Made by a program: the position numbers and the translations under genes
Assembly: GCA_965649765.1 (NCBI GenBank)
Contig: OZ287751.1
Span: 80,290,001-80,354,000, forward strand
Direction: 5' to 3'
Source of the DNA: Bispira polyomma
Lineage: Eukaryota
Length of the DNA stretch: 64,000 nt
Part shown: in pieces, positions 59,901-64,000 of the stretch
Numbering within the stretch: position 1 is the first letter of the stretch
Layout of the letters: every line of letters starts with the position of its first letter
Notes under the pieces: model-generated
Told to the model about the DNA's origin: nothing
The model's input: only the letters and a program-made list of their open reading frames with translations
Database searches by the model: none

Positions 59901-62662
59901 TAGAAGAAAGAAGGGGGAGATTTACTTTGATCATGAGAAAATGGCAGCAATGTACAATAAAAGGTACGTCTCACATCAATTAGGTAAATTATAAAACAAT
60001 TATTGTTATAGCATTTATATGACACTCTATTAATGTATCATCTTCTGAGGTGCTTGTTTACCAAAAAAGGATAGTCCTAGGTTGGGTCATTATCAGTAGA
60101 CAATGACGTGTTCACATCTTGCCTAACGATGCTATCCCACCAATTTAAAGAGCCTGTAACGATATTAGCACGAGTCGAATCTGGGCCCTTCCGATCACCA
60201 GACAAACTCTCCAAGCCAAGAGTCAAACCAACCAAGAACCTTCTGATCATCAGAGCAACTCTGTAACCACTAAGCAATGGAAGAAACTTTTATTTCAACC
60301 AATTTGATTGGCTCAAAATATTTTTTCGAACAATCTGATTGGCTAAGCCCAAGAAAATTTTAAGAATTGTTTTCTAAAAATGTTGGTGAATAGGGTCCCT
60401 GTACAGATCAACTCCCTAGCCACTTAACACTGGAAGAATACTTCTACAGTAAACTCCCTGTAACTAGAATAAGAAAACGTTAAATTTGTTTAAAACTGAA
60501 CTAATTTTCTGTCTGAACATTCCGAAATACTTGTTTCGAATGAAGTAGAACTAAAACATGATTGAAAGAATCTAATCACGTGGACATTTTGTCTTATGTA
60601 ATTAAAGGATGAGCAAACATTCTTTTCTAATGGATAATGACAATTGCTAATGGTTTGTGTAATGACAGAAATGGAGGTTTTATGAAGACATTTGATCTAC
60701 TTGATATTGAGTGGTACATTTAGAAATGCAATAAAACTGTAATTATTGTCCATGTAATAAGTTAGATATCAACACAAACTCTTATACTCTTGATGTGTAG
60801 TAAAAATGCTTTTGTAGTTTAGTATATCATTTTTTACAAAAGATATTCAAGATTTGTTACCTTTGCCGGGGAGGTTATCTTTTTGCTCTTTGTCCATTGG
60901 TTTGTTTGTCACCAAAATAACATGTAAAATACTAAACCTATGTATGCACGACATTTGATGATGGCTTGGGTCAAGGAAGAATTCATTAAATTTTAGAGTG
61001 AATCTGGTTAGAATGTCAGATCTAGGAATTCTTTCACTTTTTTTTAGCACTGTAGCATCTTGGCGAAGGTATTTACTCTACTGAGTTCTCTTCTACATGT
61101 AGTTGTACTTGATAGATATATTGTATTGCAAATTTAGTTAAAGCTCTCTGATCACAAATAACAATTCCATGTAATAGACGTTTATCATCAAGTCAGCTGA
61201 ACATTGGGAGGAACCATGTGATGACTGATTTATGTAACCTACATTGCTTATTATAACCCAAATTTATGTACAATACTTTAATTAAAAATGAACCCTTTCG
61301 ATCTCTAGGTTGTCCATTAGCATCTGAAGGCATTTGTTAATCCCAGAACCTATGTCTGTCGGCAAAGCAGTCGACACCCTAAAAAATATTATTTTATTAT
61401 CCTTTAGTTCCTCGCAATAGAAAATTGTTAGTACTGCAGGCTTCTCAATTAAAAAATATTATACATGAGTCCATTATTAAATGCCAACAATTTTACTTCA
61501 GTTCCCGGCGATACTTAAAATTTCCATTGCGGTCAAAAGGGTTGATAGTAAAGGTGAAAGACAAAACTATAATTTCAAGTGTTACTAGTAACAGTCTCAT
61601 CCCTGTAATGCATGTAACATGTGACATTTTACACAAGCAGGCTAAATATGCAGTCAGCCTTTGTGGCTAAGTCAGAAATCGAGAGCAGCCCTGGTGGAAC
61701 ATTGCCTACAATGAGTAGATATAAAGGTATACAGGATAACTAGTCAGGAGACCTTAAAGTATATTCCCTGATATAGCATCAATGCTGAAATAAACACTCA
61801 GTCATTTAAATTTGATTGTATTATAAAACTACAGATAACAAGAGTTGTCTTTTAAAAAAGACACAGGCACACAGTGTGCAAAATATTAATCCGACACCTC
61901 TCATTTTGGCCAGGTCGACGGCAATGACCAATCCATGAAGGCCCTATATAATATTTCCACATCTTCAAAGAATGTACAGTAAATCCTCTATGGGTGAACA
62001 CCCATAAAATAGTAAATTCCTCTCCATTGTCCACAGGTTTTCCTGGCCCCTGTTTTGCCATTAATGAATTATAAAGAACCCCCTTTGAATAGTGAACACC
62101 TCTTTATAGTGAATCTTTTGGCTGTGTGCCAGGGGGCCTTATTTACAAAAGGTCTCAGCATTAACTTCGTCTACAGCTTAAGATTCTTGCCTTTGAATAT
62201 TGGGTGAAAACATTAAGATTTTAGTCTTTATTATATATAAGTGACAGTAGCAAAAGATCTTTGGTTAGTGTTAGCTTTGCCCTTAACACTTAAAGACTAA
62301 CAACAGGCTGTACTTAAATATTTTAGACATAAATGTTAAGCTTGGGACTAAGTCAGGACTTAGGCATTTTTGTGAGTATGGCCCCAGATTGTTCACTAAA
62401 AAAATCTGTTACTGTATATCTCAACCATCAACACAAAATCTACTAAAATGAAGAAAATTAATGCTTCTGTATATTTTTACCCTGAGTCAAAGACATTACT
62501 TGACTGCCTTTTACCCAGAAATTATTGTTTATTTCAGTATTGATGATATTTTAAATTATTTTCAATTTAAATAATATATGATATATTGATATATTTTTTC
62601 TTATAATTTTGCCAGGTGATGTCAAAAGTCATGGTGTGGATACACATAAACTTGGGGTGTAA
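3102..62662 (+). CDS. 35-exon gene for a ~3,420-aa type I membrane protein: SP-3xShK-mucin-3x(YWTD propeller+EGF)-mucin-HYR-Sushi-furin-site domain-GCC2/GCC3-TM-tail
   Basis: 35 exons with GT-AG boundaries join in phase into one frame (10,266 nt including the stop). Domains were recognised by eye from Cys spacing and YWTD-like motifs. No ortholog is recognised. Confidence 0.85.
3831..4030. repeat. 60-bp tandem repeat, ~3.3 copies
   Basis: ACATGATACAGGTATTAAACGTACGTTTGAATATTACACTAAACAGAKACATTACACTAA. Confidence 0.95.
5395..6211 (+). mobile_element. 5' LTR of a Ty3/Gypsy element
   Basis: TGTTAC...GTAACA termini, TATA-like box ~5627, AATAAA ~6119, followed by a PBS. Confidence 0.8.
6219..6236 (+). 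other. Primer-binding site, tRNA-Pro
   Basis: TGGGGGCTCGTCCGGGAT, the canonical PBS-Pro 18-mer. Confidence 0.9.
6322..7530 (+). mobile_element. gag: Gypsy (Gmr1-like) gag; homology ends ~7433; no pol or 3' LTR
   Basis: Coiled coil with 3x QRRKEELELEA, then VPPFNESEVDKYFQHFE and YELVPEAYRQKFR capsid/SCAN-like motifs. Confidence 0.85.
7820..8039 (+). mobile_element. tRNA-derived SINE (MetaSINE-like), young, with a 15-bp TSD
   Basis: A box TGGCCTAGTGG, B box GTTCGAATC, (CAAATT)n tail; GTCTCTACATACCGG at 7805-7819 and 8040-8054. Confidence 0.9.
8111..8236 (+). CDS. Exon 2: ShK domain 1
   Basis: CVNLHDSDAQCEQWARDNQCVINPTWMVIYCRKACEAC; TTCAG acceptor, GTAAG donor, phase 1-1. Confidence 0.9.
9163..9605. 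mobile_element. Non-autonomous DNA transposon (IS3EU-like) with an internal palindrome array
   Basis: TIR TACGGAAGCCTATA / TATAGGCTTCCATA; 6-bp TSD GGAATT; ~17 copies of ATCTAGTAATTACTAGAT. Confidence 0.8.
9846..9977 (+). CDS. Exon 3: ShK domain 2
   Basis: CANLYGNDTLCSQWANQSECIINPGWMVPNCRYACSAC; phase 1-1. Confidence 0.85.
10833..11050. mobile_element. Tc1/mariner-type MITE (related copies ~26345-26539 and ~36505-36660)
   Basis: TAGAACCTCTATTATCCGAAC ... GTTCGGATA...AGGTTCCACTG termini. Confidence 0.6.
11188..11433 (+). CDS. Exon 4: ShK domain 3 and start of S/T/E-rich linker
   Basis: CTNEEGFSHNCDWWAFDANCRGSHDVLTLEMCTRSCGLC...EEAESGD; phase 1-1. Confidence 0.85.
12144..15452 (+). CDS. Exon 5: giant acidic Thr/Ser-rich mucin/proteoglycan-like exon (~1,100 aa)
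   Basis: Lies within ORF 12110-15532; acceptor AAACAG at 12143. The donor is uncertain: phase-1 AA|GTACAG at 15452 was chosen because exon 6 needs phase 1. Confidence 0.8.
15899..15975 (+). CDS. Exon 6: start of beta-propeller 1
   Basis: PVIFISNETHILKYDSGVTSTFLHQ; TTTTCAG acceptor, CAG|GTAAAT donor. Confidence 0.75.
16697..17092 (+). mobile_element. piggyBac-like MITE family (other copies ~4500-4743, 16100-16280 rev, 17815-18076, 35745-35945, 37340-37500 rev, 53797-58810 split, 61290-61543)
   Basis: TAACCCTTT...AAAGGGTTAA termini across copies; shared body CCTATGTCTGTCGGCAAGCAGTCGACACCC. Confidence 0.65.
17327..17462 (+). CDS. Exon 7: YWTD repeat, propeller 1
   Basis: IVGLAVDDQNNAIFWSNN...IYRASLHG. 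Confidence 0.9.
18576..18747 (+). CDS. Exon 8: YWTD repeat, propeller 1
   Basis: LTFDPNAKLLFWTDAQKKCIQVSSYDG...PRGIVADPVNG. Confidence 0.92.
18710..19575 (+). repeat. Five degenerate copies of the exon 8 3' end plus donor
   Basis: GGTATTGTGGCTGATCCTGTCAATGG|GTAAG recurs at ~18818, 18928, 19328, 19422 and 19538. Confidence 0.85.
19857..19988 (+). CDS. Exon 9: YWTD repeat, propeller 1
   Basis: YIYWNDQGSKKIERSRYDGSQRETLLEGDMVYWPNEMDV. Confidence 0.9.
21021..21298 (+). CDS. Exon 10: YWTD repeats, end of propeller 1
   Basis: LLWTDARLQRLQILDVD...PVYGLSV...AYISVW. Confidence 0.88.
21677..21916 (+). repeat. ~65-bp tandem repeat spanning the exon 11 acceptor
   Basis: GATTTGTTTGTTTACTCTAG|CTGACCATCCCTGTCACACC...CACCTGT x3 plus a degenerate copy. 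Confidence 0.92.
21871..22002 (+). CDS. Exon 11: EGF domain 1
   Basis: PCHTAQSGCSHLCLMTGVDTYTCVCPDVGGLLLSEDQHTC (LRP-type post-propeller EGF). Confidence 0.92.
22181..22400 (+). mobile_element. Old MetaSINE-like copy (others ~1310-1410 rev, 21530-21670, 31762-31965, 50347-50570)
   Basis: tRNA-like head plus GAAAGTTTGTCAG...GGTTTCTTCCACC...GATATGACCT...GTTGAAAG body. Confidence 0.65.
23908..24053 (+). CDS. Exon 12: start of propeller 2
   Basis: PTEMLLFAHMGRGEINMVS...PVGVTYDPITQ. Confidence 0.88.
24028..25255 (+). repeat. 45-62-bp tandem array of the exon 12 donor, 23 copies including the real site
   Basis: GTGACCTATGACCCGATTACACAG|GTAA(C/G)TTATAGT... Confidence 0.97.
25738..25846 (+). CDS. 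Exon 13: YWTD repeat, propeller 2
   Basis: LVYWSDVQEKKIYRAPLQG...LGYVEG. Confidence 0.9.
26558..26738 (+). CDS. Exon 14: YWTD repeat, propeller 2
   Basis: LFLDWKQRKLYFTN...EPRGLFVDSLNG. Confidence 0.9.
28025..28137 (+). CDS. Exon 15: YWTD repeat, propeller 2
   Basis: YLYFTDIADEPKVRRCGLDGSNLETL...LELPNG. Confidence 0.92.
28925..29647 (+). repeat. 49-bp minisatellite (~14 copies, 344-bp higher-order unit) starting at a MITE-like terminus
   Basis: TACAGTCAAGC then (CTGTACTAGTGACCACTCTCAAAGAGAGACCACCCCTATTTAAAGACCA)n. Confidence 0.93.
29919..30061 (+). CDS. Exon 16: propeller 2
   Basis: VAVGSEGVFVVDSYY...KLVESQLK; phase 1-0. Confidence 0.82.
30002..31095 (+). repeat. 84-bp tandem array of the exon 16 donor, 13 copies; degenerate copies to ~31445
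   Basis: ...GGAAAGTCAGCTTAAG|GTAAAGGGTCTGA...; 252-bp higher-order duplication. Confidence 0.96.
31546..31714 (+). CDS. Exon 17: end of propeller 2
   Basis: PFGLSSSEERTLYISDWGTGSVLQY...LSEPSGLFY. Confidence 0.9.
32971..33099 (+). CDS. Exon 18: EGF domain 2
   Basis: LCNQSCEGLCLKGRDSEYDCFCDGYYSNLQREDKSFCS. Confidence 0.9.
33906..34089 (+). CDS. Exon 19: start of propeller 3
   Basis: ENFIIVSDLNSIKIKSLD...ALYYDSKTATVFCTDVN. Confidence 0.88.
34560..34924 (+). repeat. ~119-bp x3 tandem repeat of the exon 20 acceptor
   Basis: CAACTCCCTAA...TACTTTCAG|AGGAACTATAGAAC... Confidence 0.9.
34840..35070 (+). CDS. Exon 20: YWTD repeat, propeller 3
   Basis: GHLYWTSEFEGCIKRA...LDHPRSLTV. Confidence 0.88.
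36018..36273 (+). repeat. ~89-bp x3 tandem repeat of the exon 21 acceptor
   Basis: TTACCTTCAG|ACTACTCTACTGGACAGAACTGGGATCC. Confidence 0.92.
36231..36418 (+). CDS. Exon 21: YWTD repeat, propeller 3
   Basis: LLYWTELGSTPAVWYSRVAGTDRK...PNDVVYD. Confidence 0.9.
37543..37746 (+). CDS. Exon 22: end of propeller 3
   Basis: PFFGLQTDGQFVYYSDWGTGSVLMY...LLRPTRFVVHHP. Confidence 0.9.
37710..37982 (+). repeat. 70-bp x4 array of the exon 22 donor; resumes at 39284-39380 after the HINE
   Basis: ACCAGATTTGTAGTACATCACCCCACACAGATCA(A/C)AG|GTACAGT. Confidence 0.92.
37986..39283 (+). mobile_element. Helentron-associated non-autonomous element (HINE/DINE-1-like)
   Basis: 5' subTIR ATGTCCACCCC with a local inverted copy, CCGTCC microsatellite, ~157-bp internal repeats, 3' subTIR GGGGTGGACAT at ~39186, terminal hairpin and CTAGTT; TT target. 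Confidence 0.8.
39700..40087 (+). repeat. 69-bp array of the exon 23 acceptor (5 full copies plus partials)
   Basis: TATAACTCTGTGTAG|ATAACTGTAAGAGGGCTGGATGTACAGATATCTGCC. Confidence 0.95.
40050..40160 (+). CDS. Exon 23: EGF domain 3
   Basis: NCKRAGCTDICQPYPGGYSCECLNGQPQLNKLSC. Confidence 0.88.
40915..41085 (+). CDS. Exon 24: Thr-rich linker (NAGNAG acceptor, alternative start 40918)
   Basis: DDITTEVTDNVTTTTTPVPVEEETTAP...; phase 1-1. Confidence 0.8.
41370..41650 (+). mobile_element. tRNA/CORE-type SINE with an L2-derived 3' tail (related: ~22755-22880; 34400-34575 rev)
   Basis: Degenerate A/B boxes; tail 41588-41637 matches the LINE 3' end at 53892-53948. Confidence 0.7.
42607..44583 (+). 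CDS. Exon 25: second giant T/E/D mucin exon (659 codons) with a 16-aa repeat
   Basis: Within ORF 42561-44624; CTCTAG acceptor, TAG|GTATTG donor, phase 1-1. Confidence 0.88.
42950..43720 (+). repeat. Coding 48-bp VNTR (DVDTTIEDYEFTTEIA), ~16 copies
   Basis: Visible in the translation; 43141-43319 recurs 240 bp downstream. Confidence 0.95.
44905..44968. repeat. (TA)n microsatellite
   Basis: ~30 TA units. Confidence 0.98.
44969..45842. mobile_element. Tc1/mariner/pogo-type non-autonomous element
   Basis: TIR CCGTATTCGACGTAATTA(G/C)CGCAC at both ends, TA runs on both flanks. Confidence 0.88.
46011..46118 (+). CDS. Exon 26: HYR domain, N-terminal half
   Basis: PDLSFLYCPSDMAVYTDTDTTQVWWKDPVA. 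Confidence 0.85.
46893..47036 (+). CDS. Exon 27: HYR domain, C-terminal half
   Basis: SGAELAVGINAINYEAT...TAECIFTVTV. Confidence 0.85.
47862..48056 (+). CDS. Exon 28: Sushi/CCP domain
   Basis: YCESPPMIHHGEMVC...CEVQCDEGF...YSCLTGGWEP...AC. Confidence 0.9.
48038..48840 (+). repeat. ~42-bp array of the exon 28 donor (~10 copies plus remnants)
   Basis: CCAGATGGCATGTATA(C/T)|GTAAGTATG... Confidence 0.92.
48435..48761. mobile_element. MITE with a TAA TSD (PIF/Harbinger-type target)
   Basis: TIR GTGTATGTACACATGTATGCGGCT(C/T)CCGA; TAA at 48432-48434 and 48762-48764. Confidence 0.85.
49403..49673 (+). CDS. Exon 29: SVEP1/uninflatable-like inter-domain containing the RQKR furin motif
   Basis: ...VTCGQSQNRQKR-ALTSGGVSLVIKLWFN; phase 1-2. 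Confidence 0.85.
50786..50964 (+). CDS. Exon 30: leads into the Cys-rich repeat
   Basis: ...ESDCPPGTVMFTEQC. Confidence 0.85.
51434..51570. repeat. ~44-bp x3 tandem repeat
   Basis: TGTGGCAAT...TCATTCATTGCTGTTCATAACGTGATCA. Confidence 0.85.
52278..52430 (+). CDS. Exon 31: GCC2/GCC3 (ephrin-receptor-like Cys-rich) repeat
   Basis: CPSGTFYNDDPGVCELCPSGYYQGLEGQSSCVACP. Confidence 0.92.
53182..53338 (+). CDS. Exon 32: transmembrane helix
   Basis: LPLVIGLSVAGGLLFLAAFALACYTC-HRVFK. Confidence 0.9.
53880..54641 (-). mobile_element. 5'-truncated L2/CR1-group LINE: RT C-terminus, 3'UTR, (TAA)n tail
   Basis: AKNLGVTFDSAFSFDTHV...ALVSSRLDYCNSLL...LHWLPI...AAPRLWNSLP...LKTYLF (ORF 54022-54666). Confidence 0.93.
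54699..55023 (+). mobile_element. MITE copy A (CAGGGG...CCCCTG)
   Basis: TIR CAGGGGAGTAGC / GCTACACCCCTG; homologous to 58386-58711. Confidence 0.85.
55330..56470 (+). pseudogene. Degenerate PIF/Harbinger transposase (DDE_Tnp_4), copy 1
   Basis: YLNYKGFHSMVMLALVNAEYRFLWV...GFSSDSQIF; many stops and frameshifts. Confidence 0.88.
56548..57830 (+). pseudogene. Harbinger element copy 2: 5' TIR plus a frameshifted transposase
   Basis: TTA|AGCCCCTGTCACACT terminus; LATGESY, GAIDGKHI, GDDAFAL, VVENVFGIL, ACVVLHNML motifs split over frames. Confidence 0.92.
58386..58711 (+). mobile_element. MITE copy B, same orientation as copy A
   Basis: CAGGGGAGGAGCCAGGATTTTTCAT ... GTAGTTACGCCCCTG. Confidence 0.85.
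59416..59528. mobile_element. Palindromic Tourist/Harbinger-like MITE (relatives 59528-59658 and 62130-62387)
   Basis: CAGGGCCCGTATTCAC...GACTTAGCCAGGTCTTA / TAAGACCTGGCTAAGTC...GTGAATACGGGCCCTG. Confidence 0.85.
59904..59963 (+). CDS. Exon 33: basic stop-transfer / cytoplasmic
   Basis: RKKGEIYFDHEKMAAMYNK; strong polypyrimidine acceptor, AAG|GTACGT donor. Confidence 0.8.
60857..61100 (+). mobile_element. Short HINE-like element (related copy ~22435-22670, reverse)
   Basis: TTACCTTTGCCGGGGAGGTTA...TTTGTTTGT...TTGGCGAAGGTA...TCTACTGAGT. Confidence 0.6.
61641..61726 (+). CDS. Exon 34: cytoplasmic
   Basis: LNMQSAFVAKSEIESSPGGTLPTMSRYK; open phase 2-1 segment bridging exons 33 and 35. Confidence 0.65.
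62616..62662 (+). CDS. Exon 35: C-terminus ...DTHKLGV*
   Basis: TTTTGCCAG acceptor; TAA at 62660; AATAAA at 62821 and 62995. Confidence 0.65.
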
Positions 62663-64000
62663 CATTTAGGGCAATTCTTGGCAAAGCAAAGAAGGTCAAA
62701 ATGTAGATCATTATTTTACTGCAAACTGAACTTCATCACTTCATCATTAAGTTTTATGCCCCATACCGGAGAAGTTATTGCTATGCAAATAGTTAAATCT
62801 TGAAAAGGTTCTAAAACAAAAATAAAACAGAGACATATTTTTGTCGCCTTGATATTTTATGTTCAGATATAAACTTGTTTTGTATTTCCTTATAAATTGC
62901 ACTAAGTGGGTCATTCCTAGTTTATTTATGGCATCATAACTTAGACCATAACCAACTGGCATTATAGTGTCTTTTGAAATGTTTGACTTAATATAATAAA
63001 ACTGTGTTTTATGTGACTTTTAATCTTAGTGACCATAACCTTAATAGCGAGAGTAAGTAGAGTTTTTGACATTACATAAAAATCCATCTTATCTCAGTAC
63101 ATATATATATATAATGTATTTTATCAATACAAATCTCTTTTGATAATATCTATTGTTAAAAAAAAATGGTGTGATTTTGCAGAAATTCTTATGATTAATT
63201 AGTTATGTAATGTCAACTGATAACCAAATAGCATGTACTGTTTGTGAAAAGCTTAATCAGTGTGCATATAAAGCGTAATCTAAACCAAGCTTCTGCTGAT
63301 GTATATATATGCTATTATAGCTACTAAAACTATATATTCTTTTTGTTGTAATAACTATTCTTGTACTACAAAATGTAATTCATGTTTATATTGCTCTCAG
63401 GTATATCTTAGTTATATCTCAATACAATTTTTATGCCAGCTGACATATTGCTGTGAGAAGGCAACTTGGTTAGGCAATCTAATGTTAGAGCAGGGTTGGT
63501 CTTAAAGTCAAAGTTATGTGGTCAATTTTGAACCATTTTTGTGATATTTCCTGTAAAACATACTCAAAATTTTGCTTGAAGTTTAGGGTGGACCAATAGA
63601 CATACCTCAACTATATATATCTCCAAGAGGCTGTGAATTTCATATTCTTTAGTTGGTCTATTTGTTTGCAACCAAACAACCTAACCACAGTTTAGCCTTG
63701 ACTTTACATTTACCTTTGTGTGATCTTCACCTTAAAACTCTTTCCAACTCTATATCCCAGGAAATACTTTAGTAGTACATGGGAAAGTCAAATTTAGTAC
63801 CAATATTCCTTTGCTAATCTTGATGTGCAACATAAAGGTCTGACTTCTAGTTGACCTTTGAACCTTGACATTAAAGACCATTTCTTTACTATATCCTTGA
63901 CATTGTATACTTTCTATGGTCTTTATCTTAAGGAACAAGGTAAAGGTCAAATACGGTATGTTATATTGTGTTATCTGATAATGTTTGAAATAAAGGTACA

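Noticed and set aside
60081-60270. Candidate terminal exon after CCTAG
   Set aside because: Purine-rich acceptor context, and it stops after 5-6 codons in the required phase; exons at 61641 and 62616 fit better

Overview
AT-rich animal genomic DNA, probably a marine invertebrate (inferred from the MetaSINE/CORE-SINE, HINE, L2 and Harbinger repeat landscape). Almost the whole window is one + strand gene that I assembled by hand from GT-AG sites and phase continuity: 35 coding exons, ATG 3102 to TAA 62662, about 3,420 aa. It encodes a type I membrane protein: signal peptide, 3 ShK domains, a ~1,100-aa acidic Thr/Ser mucin with Ser-Gly (GAG-like) sites, 3 x (YWTD beta-propeller + EGF), a second mucin with a 48-bp VNTR, HYR, Sushi, an RQKR furin-site domain, a GCC2/GCC3 Cys-rich repeat, TM and a ~65-aa tail. 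It has no LDLa repeats and no NPxY. The strongest non-coding signal is that at least 13 exon/intron junctions have been duplicated into the adjacent intron. These range from single copies to arrays of ~23 splice-site copies, and every decoy I translated gives a premature stop. Introns also hold a truncated Gypsy (LTR, PBS-Pro, gag), SINEs, a HINE, several MITEs, an L2 LINE 3' end that shares its tail with a SINE, and a 4-kb composite insertion. That insertion is two direct MITE copies around two dead Harbinger transposases, with a 5-bp target duplication. Exon boundaries are manual and have no transcript support; the exon 5 donor is the least certain.
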